DNA of 64,000 bases from a virus (lineage: Duplodnaviria; Caudoviricetes), in IMG/VR virus record IMGVR_UViG_3300046615_000768, positions 1 through 64,000 of that record; one strand, given 5' to 3'. The notes beneath the pieces are model-generated. The model made no database searches, was not told the DNA's origin, and saw only the letters and a list, made by a program, of their open reading frames with translations. The position numbers and the translations under genes are program-made. Shown one piece after another: positions 44,192-52,284 of this stretch. Positions within the stretch are counted from its first letter, which is position 1; every line of letters starts with the position of its first letter.

Positions 44192-45902
44192 ATGGCAGGT
44201 CAAGTCTGGCTCACCAACAGCCTGGGTAAATGAAAGCTGCCCCGTCGCCGAGCAATCGGTGACTGATAATTGCGTGAATTGACAGGGAACCCCGACCGCG
44301 TAAAGGCGAGGGCAATCTGCAGCCAAGCGCCGCGCAAGCGGTGAAGGTTCAACGATCATCCCCGAGGGGGGAGTAGGGCCAAGTGGCCCGAAGCGCGCAA
44401 CGTCCCAAGCGGACGATGAAATGATCTGGTCTTGCAGGTAACTGCAAGCTGCCGATGTGGGAATCGGCGGCGCCGGCGTAACGACCCGGCGTGAACTCAT
44501 CAGGGCTATATGTGGTCCCCCAACCTCTCCAAAGTGCTGCGCATGGCAGTGCAGCCCCTCACCAAGTTCCGCCAGTTCAGCGACATCAAGGATGCCGCTG
44601 TCCAGGGCAAGGGCATGGGCGAGGCGTTCCATTAACATACTGGTGGAACTAAAACCGACTCTGATTGACTTCAACCCCCGGCAGCGGGAAAGAAGGGGCA
44701 AGCAAGCCGCAAGGCTGTGCAGCCTGAGAGACTAAGCGAGTTGGCCCCGGCAACGGGGATGCGATAGTCCGAACACGGCATATAACCTGATGAAAGCCGT
44801 GAGGTGGCAGAAATGACCACCCGCCAGCGTCAACCACGCTGGTCATCAAGTAACAGACTGTGGAACGTTTACAGCGATGTGGCAACGCAAGGCACCACCC
44901 TCACCGAGGGCGTCGCCATGCCGACCACGAACTTCGTGATCACGCAGGGCACGATGACGGTCACGGAACTCGGCAATAGTGTTCCGTACAGCTCCAAGCT
45001 GGACGACCTGTCGGAGCAGCCGGTCAAAGAGATCATCTCGAAGGTGTTGAAAAATGACGCGAAAAAGGCGTTCGACACCGCAGCCGAGGCGCAGTTCCGC
45101 CTCACGCCGCTGCGCGTCGTGCCAACCGGCGGCACCTCCACCAGCTCGGTCACGTTGACCACCAACGGCACCGCCGCTGCGGCCAACAACGTCGCTCTGG
45201 GCAAGAACCACGTGAAGTCGATCGTCGACATCATGAAAGAACGAAACGTGCCGCCGTATCTGCAGGACGACTACATTTCGCTCGCCCACCCGACGACCTT
45301 CCGCCAGGTGAAGAACGATCTGGAGCAGGTCCACCAGTACGTCGATCAGGGTTTCCAAATGATCCTGAACGGCGAGATCGGCCGATACGAAAGTGTCCGC
45401 TTCGTGGAGCAGACCAACATCAGCAAGAGGGGCTTCGCATCGGGCGCCTCGAACTGGGCGTATTTTTTTGGGGCCGATACCGTGGCAGAAGGCATCGTTA
45501 TTCCTGAGGAGATGCGCGGGATGATCCCAGGCGACTACGGTCGTCAGCGTGGCGTGGCATGGTACTACTTGGGTAAATAACACTGCCCCGTTCTGGCGAA
45601 AGCCAGGACTGATAACTTCGTGAACTCAGGGGAACTCCCACCCGCACCATGCGGAGGACAATCCTGATCTGAGCCCCGCAAGGGGAAAGAGCAACGACCA
45701 TCCCGGAAGCGGGAGTAGGGCCAAGCGGCCCGAAGTGCGAAGCGCCTTCACTGGCGATGATATGGTCTGATCTTGCAGGTAACTGCAAGCTGCCGAGAGG
45801 CGGCGCAGGGAGTAGCGACCCGGCGTGAACATAATGGGTTTCGGTATCGTCCACACCAACCCGCAGCAGTCGCGGATCGTGATGTGGGACTCGACGACCT
45901 AA
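44192..45902 (+). CDS. Major capsid protein (N4-gp56-like), spliced: join(44192-44227, 44504-44632, 44861-45574, 45837-45902), 314 aa
   Basis: RBS AGGAG; the joined exons read MAGQVWLTNSLG|GYMWSPNLSKVLRMAVQPLTKFRQF...GEAFH|WNVYSDVATQG...GNSVPY...GEIGRYESVRFVEQ...DYGRQRGVAWYYLG|GFGIVH...WDSTT*, all in frame. Confidence 0.9.
44228..44503 (+). ncRNA. Group I intron 1 (276 nt, no ORF; has P7.1/P7.2, IA-like)
   Basis: 5' exon ends in U and the intron ends in G; P1 GGGU/GCCC; P2 with GCAA loop; P3 UUGCGUG/CGCGCAA; P7 GAUCA (44354) / UGAUC (44422); P9 CUUGCAG-GUAA-CUGCAAG. Confidence 0.9.
44633..44860 (+). ncRNA. Group I intron 2 (228 nt, no ORF; lacks P7.1/P7.2)
   Basis: P1 UUCCAU/GUGGAA with a terminal U.G pair; P3 CCGACUC/GAGUUGG; canonical P7 GACUA (44730) / UAGUC (44765); P8 with GCAA loop; terminal G at 44860. 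Confidence 0.9.
45575..45836 (+). ncRNA. Group I intron 3 (262 nt, no ORF; sister of intron 1)
   Basis: 5' exon ends GGU; P2 with GAAA loop; P3 CUUCGUG/UGCGAAG; P7 GACCA (45696) / UGGUC (45763); P7.2 GGGCC-AAGC-GGCCC; same P9 as intron 1; terminal G at 45836. Confidence 0.9.
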
Positions 45903-45921
45903 CAGTCGTCGGCGTCACCTG

Positions 45922-45953
45922 AAAGCCTGTCCCTTCGGGGGCAGGCTTTTTTT
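45922..45953 (+). terminator. Rho-independent terminator after the capsid gene
   Basis: AAAGCCTGTCCC-TTCG-GGGGCAGGCTTT followed by a T-run. Confidence 0.85.
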
Positions 45954-45970
45954 ACAGCTTCACCAGACAA

Positions 45971-46450
45971 CTAGTGGACCTTCGGATTCGGCTTGGCCGA
46001 TGCGAAGAGCTTCAGGACATCATCCGCAGCGCCGTCACCGAACATGCAATCCTCGGACAACGCCTGGTCCACTTCGCAGTAAGCGTCAAGCGCCTTGCAG
46101 GCGCGCGCAAACGATAAGACGAGCGACCCAGCCATCGAATACGGGTGGGCCACGTCCAGATCAAGCTCACTGCCGGCGAAGTGCATCGCCGTCGCCACCA
46201 CGTGATGCACCTCGATATACGGGTTCATGTATTGCGAACCAGGAGCGGCACCCTCGTCGGCCACGCGCACGGCGTCCCGGATGACCGCCCTCGCCGCTGA
46301 AAAGGCGGAAAGAACATCGCGGGTAGCAGCGAGCGTGTCGCCGTCATAGGCCTTTGCGCTCTTGATGCACTCGTGCGCCGCGCTCAATGCCCGCAGCGCG
46401 ATTGCATCGTTTTCAGCTTCCGAAAATTGAAGCCATTCCGTTTTTTCCAT
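45971..46450 (-). CDS. Moron-like hypothetical protein on the opposite strand
   Basis: Isolated minus-strand ORF that shares the bidirectional terminator; different codon usage. Confidence 0.5.
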   Translation of the reverse strand: MEKTEWLQFSEAENDAIALRALSAAHECIKSAKAYDGDTLAATRDVLSAFSAARAVIRDAVRVADEGAAPGSQYMNPYIEVHHVVATAMHFAGSELDLDVAHPYSMAGSLVLSFARACKALDAYCEVDQALSEDCMFGDGAADDVLKLFASAKPNPKVH

Positions 46451-46526
46451 GTGCCGCTCCATCAGGTTGGGGAGCGCCGATTCTAGCCGTAGTTGTGACC
46501 AAAAGAAACGCTACAAGGAGATTATT

Positions 46527-46739
46527 TTGACCATCGAGAACAGCACCCTGAACGACAGCCGCGCCCTGCGCGAATCGAACGCCAGCTACAGCGGCGCATC
46601 GGGCGACGGCTGCCCCGACGTGGCGACCCTGAAACGCGGGTTCGCGGAGCTGCCAGATCCGGCCCCGACGTTCACGCCGTTCGCCGAAGCCCTCGACAAG
46701 GGCGGCTTCCTGACCCGGCCCCAGGGCTGGGAACGCTAA
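46527..46739 (+). CDS. Small hypothetical protein
   Basis: AAGGAG RBS before a TTG start. Confidence 0.5.
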   Translation: MTIENSTLNDSRALRESNASYSGASGDGCPDVATLKRGFAELPDPAPTFTPFAEALDKGGFLTRPQGWER

Positions 46740-46778
46740 GCACACACCGTCGTATCCACCCCCACCAAGGAGAACAGC

Positions 46779-47003
46779 ATGTCCGATTCCAACTACAAGC
46801 CAGACGACACCGGCTTCGTGCACGGCGACCGCAAGCCGATGCCTGACCGTGGCACCACCACCGGCATGACCGGCTACAACACCCACGGCGAAGGCATGGG
46901 CCTCGGCCAGGACGACACGAACTCGATGGGCTCGATCACCGGCGCGACCGGCAGCGACGCCATGGAGAAGTGCTACGCCACCGACCCGAAAGGCTCGAAA
47001 TAA
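46779..47003 (+). CDS. Small hypothetical protein
   Basis: AAGGAG RBS. Confidence 0.6.
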   Translation: MSDSNYKPDDTGFVHGDRKPMPDRGTTTGMTGYNTHGEGMGLGQDDTNSMGSITGATGSDAMEKCYATDPKGSK

Positions 47004-47254
47004 TGGCGGCGCCGACTTTCGACCGAAACCGTCCACACGGCACCGTGTTCGGCGACCCCGAAGGACGCATCTACCACCAGGGCGATCATTTCTTCCGTGG
47101 TGACGGCACGCTCTGGACCGAGCAGGCCACCGCCCAGCCCGACGCCGACGAACCGGCCAAGCCAGTGTCGACCAAGAAGAAGACAGCCGCCGCGGCCGAT
47201 CCGGCGCCGGCCGCAGTCGATGCGCAGCTCGACGCACAGATGGGTGCCGCTTGA
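47003..47254 (+). CDS. Small hypothetical protein
   Basis: TAATG coupling; FDRNRPHGTVFG...YHQGDHFF. Confidence 0.6.
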   Translation: MAAPTFDRNRPHGTVFGDPEGRIYHQGDHFFRGDGTLWTEQATAQPDADEPAKPVSTKKKTAAAADPAPAAVDAQLDAQMGAA

Positions 47255-48888
47255 TCTGGCGCGCCACCGACAGGGAGGGCGAGGAATCCCGAAAATTCAA
47301 GTACGAGGTCGTGCAGTACACGCGCGGCCTCGGCCTTGATCTCGGCTGCGGACCCCACAAGGCTTTCCCGCACATGATCGGCGTGGACAGCAAGAAGGAC
47401 ACCGAGCTGTTCGGCATCCAGATGGAGCCCGATAACGTCGTCGACGACGCCTCGAAGCTGCCCATGATCCCGGACGGGAAACTGGACTTCGTGTTCTCCT
47501 CGCACCTGCTGGAACACATCGAGGACTATCGCGCGGCCCTGGCCGAGTGGTGGCGCGTCATCAAGGCCGGCGGCCACCTGGTGCTGTACCTGCCAGACCG
47601 CAACCTGTACCCGAACATTGGACAACCGGGCGCGAACCCGGACCACAAACACGACTTCATCCCCGACGACATCGTCGAAGCCGTCACCAGCCTCGGCACG
47701 GGTTACGACCTGATGATGAACGAGGTGCGCGACGAGCGCGACGAATACTCCTTCCTGCTGGTGTTCAGGAAGCGCGAGGATGGTTTGTACACCTATCCGT
47801 GCGACGACGTAGCAACGACGGAAGGCTCGTCGTGGCCGGCCAAGACCGTGTGCGTGTCGCGCTTCGGTGGCTTCGGCGACATGCTCATGATGAGCAATAT
47901 CCTGCCGCAGCTGAAACGCGAGGGCTATCACGTCACCGTCAACACCACGCCCAAGGGCATGAGCATCGTCGAACACGACCCGAACATCGACGCGTTCCTG
48001 CTGCAGGACGACAACCAGGTGCCGAACCACGAGCTGCCGCTGTTCTGGGACGCGATCTCGCGCCGCTACGACAAGTTCATCCAGCTCTCCGAAAGCATCG
48101 AAGGCACCTTGCTCGCCATCCCCGGCCGCGCCAATCACATGTGGCCGCACAAGGTCCGCCACATGGAGTTGAACCGCAACTACCTCGAATGGACTTCGCA
48201 GCTGGCCGAGCTGCCTTACCACTCGGAAGCGAAGTTCTACCCGACCGACCACGAACGCGCCAAGCAGGCCGGCTACCTGGGCGGCATCCGTGCCAACCTC
48301 GTGCCGAAAGGCGACGAAATCCTGATCGGCCAGGCCTCGCCCGACGCCTTCTTCATCATGTGGGCGCTCGCCGGCTCCTCGATGCACAAGTTTTATCCGC
48401 ACATGGACGCTGTCATCGCGCGCGTGCTGATGGAAATGCCGGAAGCCATCGTGATCCTCGCCGGCGACGAGCCGTGCCAGATCCTCGAAGCGGGCTGGGA
48501 GCTGGAGCCGCGCGTGTACCGCATGTCGGGCAAGCAGACCATCCGCGAGACGCTGACGCTGGCGACGATGGTTGACCTGGTTGTCGGTCCCGAGACGGGC
48601 GTGCTGAACGCCGTCGCGTTCGAGGACAACGCCAAGATCGTGCTGATGTCGCACTCGTCCATCGAGAACCTGACCAAGCACTGGACCAACGTGACGAGCC
48701 TGTCGGCGCCGTTCGACCCGGACAACCGCGTCTGCAACAATCAAAGTTGCCACCGCCTGCACTACGGCTCGGCCTTCTGCGTCGAGGACAAGGACACCGG
48801 CGCCTCGGCCTGCCAGGTGGCGATCCCGCCGCTGTGGGTGTTCAGCTCGATCGAGAACGCCTACCGCGCGTGGAAGGAGGCCAAATGA
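47251..48888 (+). CDS. Class I SAM methyltransferase fused to a GT9 (heptosyltransferase-like, GT-B) glycosyltransferase
   Basis: GLDLGCG...FVFSSHLLEH..EWWRVIKAGG; GGFGDMLM; IRETLTLATMVDLVVGPETG. Confidence 0.85.
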   Translation: MIWRATDREGEESRKFKYEVVQYTRGLGLDLGCGPHKAFPHMIGVDSKKDTELFGIQMEPDNVVDDASKLPMIPDGKLDFVFSSHLLEHIEDYRAALAEWWRVIKAGGHLVLYLPDRNLYPNIGQPGANPDHKHDFIPDDIVEAVTSLGTGYDLMMNEVRDERDEYSFLLVFRKREDGLYTYPCDDVATTEGSSWPAKTVCVSRFGGFGDMLMMSNILPQLKREGYHVTVNTTPKGMSIVEHDPNIDAFLLQDDNQVPNHELPLFWDAISRRYDKFIQLSESIEGTLLAIPGRANHMWPHKVRHMELNRNYLEWTSQLAELPYHSEAKFYPTDHERAKQAGYLGGIRANLVPKGDEILIGQASPDAFFIMWALAGSSMHKFYPHMDAVIARVLMEMPEAIVILAGDEPCQILEAGWELEPRVYRMSGKQTIRETLTLATMVDLVVGPETGVLNAVAFEDNAKIVLMSHSSIENLTKHWTNVTSLSAPFDPDNRVCNNQSCHRLHYGSAFCVEDKDTGASACQVAIPPLWVFSSIENAYRAWKEAK

Positions 48889-49316
48889 CCATCATCGCCT
48901 ACGACGGCCGCACGCTGGCCACCGACAAGCGCGCAACCCAGGTGGGCTACCCGCTCACCGTGACGAAGCAACGGCGCACCCCGGATGGCATGGCCGCAGC
49001 CTCGGGCGACTCGGAAATCACCTCTGGCCTGCTGACGTGGGCCGAGAAGGGGAGAAAGTACGAGGACTTCCCGGCAGCGGCCAAGGCCAACAACAACGCG
49101 CAGCTGTTCGTCGTCACGCACGAAGGCGAAAAGCTGCTGTACTGCGGCCAGCCCGACCCGATCCGTCTCGAAGACCGCTTCCTGGCCTTCGGCAGCGGGC
49201 GCGACTACGCGCTCGCCGCCATGCACCTGGGCCACGACGCCAAGACGGGCGCGCAGGTCGCCTGCGACCTCGATGTTTTCTGCGGCAACGGCATCGACAC
49301 GATGGAACTGCCGTAA
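48885..49316 (+). CDS. Ntn-hydrolase (HslV/proteasome-beta-like) protein
   Basis: N-terminal M-T-IIAYDG..LATD, K near residue 28, AFGSG..YALAAM. Confidence 0.65.
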   Translation: MTIIAYDGRTLATDKRATQVGYPLTVTKQRRTPDGMAAASGDSEITSGLLTWAEKGRKYEDFPAAAKANNNAQLFVVTHEGEKLLYCGQPDPIRLEDRFLAFGSGRDYALAAMHLGHDAKTGAQVACDLDVFCGNGIDTMELP

Positions 49317-49329
49317 CTCTGGAGCGACC

Positions 49330-49992
49330 ATGCAGCTGATCGACCTGATTAACCTGTTCCGCCGCGAGGTGGACGACACCGTTGCGCCCTACCTCTGGTC
49401 GGACGAGGAGATCATCGACTTCGCCAACGACGCCCAGGACGAGGCGTGCCGGCGCGCGCGCCTCCTGATCGACTCGACCACGCCCGAGCTGTGCCAGCTG
49501 AACGTCCCGCTGGCCAACGAGGGACTGGTCCTGCTCGATGAGCGCACGCTGTTCGTGCGCCACGCGCGCATCGAAGGCGGGCACCGCGCGCTGCAACGCG
49601 CGACCGTGCGCGACCTCGACGCCAAGCACTGGAACTGGCGCGACCACCCGCCGCGCCCGCCCGTGGCCTTCGTAACCGACTACGAGACGGGCAAGCTCTT
49701 GCTCTGGCCACGCCCCGACACCGACGTGACGCTGCGCCTGACGGTCGTGCGCCTGCCGCTGGTACAGATGAACGACGGCCAGGACCGGCCCGAGATCAAC
49801 CCGCGCCTGCAACGCTCGCTGCGCTTCTGGATGATGTTTCGCGCCTACAGCAAGCAGGACAGCCAGGCCAACGACCCGAAGAAAGCGGCCGACAGCCTGG
49901 TCCTCTTCGAGCAGGAGTTCGGCAAGAAGTCCTCGGCCATCGACGAGACGTGGATCGAGCGCGAGCAAACCGATGAAGACGGCACCTTTTAA
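49330..49992 (+). CDS. Head-tail adaptor or head completion protein
   Basis: FRREVDD...YLWSDEEI..FANDAQDEACRR...LWPRP...YSKQD. Confidence 0.7.
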   Translation: MQLIDLINLFRREVDDTVAPYLWSDEEIIDFANDAQDEACRRARLLIDSTTPELCQLNVPLANEGLVLLDERTLFVRHARIEGGHRALQRATVRDLDAKHWNWRDHPPRPPVAFVTDYETGKLLLWPRPDTDVTLRLTVVRLPLVQMNDGQDRPEINPRLQRSLRFWMMFRAYSKQDSQANDPKKAADSLVLFEQEFGKKSSAIDETWIEREQTDEDGTF

Positions 49993-50005
49993 TCAGGGAG
50001 ACACC

Positions 50006-50167
50006 ATGTCCGGCTACAAATACTGGCAGATCGTGCTGAGCACGAAGGCCTGGCGCGCCATCGACGCCGCCACCGGCATCGACCCGCTGCACGCATTCGG
50101 CCGCGGCGCCGTCCTCGGCGCACTCATCGCCGCTCTGGTCACGCTGGCGGTGTCGTGGCTGATGTAA
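50006..50167 (+). CDS. Small membrane protein
   Basis: GGGAG RBS; C-terminal hydrophobic helix. Confidence 0.4.
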   Translation: MSGYKYWQIVLSTKAWRAIDAATGIDPLHAFGRGAVLGALIAALVTLAVSWLM

Positions 50168-51348
50168 GTTTCGGCGCCTTCGCCGGCATCCGCAACACGG
50201 TCCCGGCCGAACGGCTCGAAAGCGCGGACCTGACGGCGGCCGTCAACGTCGATATCGACAACGGCGGGCGTGCGCAGCGCCGCCCAGGCACCGAAATGCG
50301 CCTGCCGGGCCCGGCCCACTCGCTCTGGTCGCAGGGCGAACACTGCCTGTTCGTGCGCGGCGACACGCTGCACCGCCTGCACCTCGACTACGCCATGAGC
50401 ATCCTCGCCACCGGCCTGACGCCGGACCTGCCGATGAACTATCAGGAGGTCAACGGGCGCGTCTACTGGTCCAACGGGGTAGAGACCGGCGTCGTCGCCG
50501 AGGAGGGAAGCCGCAGCTGGGGCATCCCCGTGCCCGATCTGCCGGACGTGTCGCCGATCCGGGGCACGCTCTCTGCCGGCCAGTACCAGCTGGCCCTCAC
50601 TTACCTGCGCAGCGACGGGCAGGAATCCGGCACCGGCATGGCCGCGCAGCTGACGCTGGCCGAGGCCGGCGGCGTGCGCGTGCTCTGGGACACCCCGCAA
50701 GACCCAACCATCATCGAAGTGGCCGTCTACATCACCGAACCGAACGGCAAGGTGCTGTACCAGGCCGGGATCGGCGACGTGGGCGACCGCGGCGCCGACA
50801 TCACCAGCATTCGCCTGTCCCTGCCGTGCGACACGCAGTGGCTCGACGCCCCGCCCGCCGGCCAGTGCCTGGCATACCACCGTGGCCGCATCCTGATCGC
50901 CGTCGGTGCGCACCTGTTCACCACGACCGCGCTCGGCTACGAGTACGTCGACATGCGCGACTACCTCGCCATCGACGACACCACGATCCGCTTCCTCGCC
51001 GGCGTCGAGCACGGCATCTACGTCGGCACCGAGAAGAACGTCTACTTCCTCGCGGGCGACCGCCTGGAGGACATGACGATGAAGGTCGCCGTCGAGGGCG
51101 CGGCCGTCGCGCGCTCGGTTGTCTACGCCGACGGCTTCGCCGCCACCGGCAACGCCGCACTGGCCGGCCAGCAGGTCGTGCTGTTCGCGTGCGCGGCCGG
51201 TGTCTGCATGGGCACCGTCGACGGCACGATCGTCAACATCACCGGCGAACGCTACCGCTTCACGAGCGCCCCGACCGGCGCGGCCGCACTGCGCCAGAGC
51301 GACGCCCTGAGCATGTACATGCTGTTCATGCCCGAAGCGAATCCGTAA
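50155..51348 (+). CDS. Tail nozzle/stabilisation-like virion protein
   Basis: FAGIRN..P......AVNVDI..GG...RR.G N-terminus; beta-rich; follows the adaptor gene. Confidence 0.65.
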   Translation: MADVSFGAFAGIRNTVPAERLESADLTAAVNVDIDNGGRAQRRPGTEMRLPGPAHSLWSQGEHCLFVRGDTLHRLHLDYAMSILATGLTPDLPMNYQEVNGRVYWSNGVETGVVAEEGSRSWGIPVPDLPDVSPIRGTLSAGQYQLALTYLRSDGQESGTGMAAQLTLAEAGGVRVLWDTPQDPTIIEVAVYITEPNGKVLYQAGIGDVGDRGADITSIRLSLPCDTQWLDAPPAGQCLAYHRGRILIAVGAHLFTTTALGYEYVDMRDYLAIDDTTIRFLAGVEHGIYVGTEKNVYFLAGDRLEDMTMKVAVEGAAVARSVVYADGFAATGNAALAGQQVVLFACAAGVCMGTVDGTIVNITGERYRFTSAPTGAAALRQSDALSMYMLFMPEANP

Positions 51349-51389
51349 AAAGCCCGTAAAAACCCCGTATTTCCCCGTTGTACCCGATG

Positions 51390-51450
51390 CCCGCGCCTGC
51401 GGGTTTTTTTTCGTCCGCAGTCTGCCCGCCATGTGCGGGCATTTTCTTTT
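51390..51450 (+). terminator. Two tandem rho-independent terminators
   Basis: CCCGC-GCCT-GCGGG-T8, then TGCCCGC-CATGT-GCGGGCA-TTTTCTTTT. Confidence 0.7.
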
Positions 51451-51461
51451 GGAGAAACACC

Positions 51462-52232
51462 ATGACCTTGCGCATTTCGACCGCCTTGCGGAACCACGTC
51501 CTGTCCGGCGGGTCCCTCAAGGACACCCTCAACGGCGGCAAAATCCTGATCTACTCGGGCGCCCAGCCAGCCACCGCCGACGCGGCCCCGACCGGCACGC
51601 TGCTGGCCACGATCACCGCCAACTCGCTGGCCCACACGGCAGAAGTACAGGCGACCGGCACGATCACCCTGTCCGGCTCGGCCGGCTCGGTCGATGGTGT
51701 CACCGTTGATGGCGTGTCCATCATCGACACGGCCGTGCCATTCGATACCTCGCTCGCTGTCACCGCTGCCAACCTGGCCGCCGCGATCAACAGCTCGGCG
51801 TCGAACCCCGAGTACACCGCGAGCGCTGCCGGCGCCGTCGTCACCATCAAGGCCAAGCGCGGCGCGGGCAGCACCGCCAACGGCCTGGTCATCGCCGCCA
51901 CGCTGACCACCCTGACGGCGACCTATGCGGCCCTGTCGGGCGGCGTGAGCGCTGCCAACGGCCTGAAATTCGGTTCCGCTGCCGCCGGCGTGCTGCCAAA
52001 GCTGCCGGCGCAGGTCTGGTCCGGTGCGGCCGTCGCCACCGGCACCGCTGGCTGGTTCCGTTTCGTCGGCGCCGTGGCTGACTCGGGCGCGCTCGACGCC
52101 GCCGAGAACGAGATCCGCCTGGACGGCTCGATCTCGACCTCGGGCGCGCAGCTCAACATGTCGTCGACCACCGTGACGGCGTCGGCTACGCAGACCATCG
52201 CCAGCTTCCCGATCACGCTGCCGACCTCGTAA
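51462..52232 (+). CDS. Virion structural (tail-associated) protein
   Basis: GGAG RBS; LRISTALRN...IxIYSGAQPATADAAPTG...GTAGWFR...RLDGS. Confidence 0.75.
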   Translation: MTLRISTALRNHVLSGGSLKDTLNGGKILIYSGAQPATADAAPTGTLLATITANSLAHTAEVQATGTITLSGSAGSVDGVTVDGVSIIDTAVPFDTSLAVTAANLAAAINSSASNPEYTASAAGAVVTIKAKRGAGSTANGLVIAATLTTLTATYAALSGGVSAANGLKFGSAAAGVLPKLPAQVWSGAAVATGTAGWFRFVGAVADSGALDAAENEIRLDGSISTSGAQLNMSSTTVTASATQTIASFPITLPTS

Positions 52233-52284
52233 TCGCCGCACCACCGCACCACCGCAGTAACGGGCAACGACCGGAGACAGGTTC

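Noticed and set aside
44787-44850. Hammerhead-like CUGAUGA...GAAA...AUC inside intron 2
   Set aside because: Stem II is not flush with the core (extra AA and A) and there is no stem I pairing; the region fits the intron P9 domain better
44804-45580. 258-aa ORF MAEMTT...YYLGK as the complete capsid protein
   Set aside because: Its first 19 codons lie inside intron 2 and the final Lys-stop is the start of intron 3; it is only exon 3
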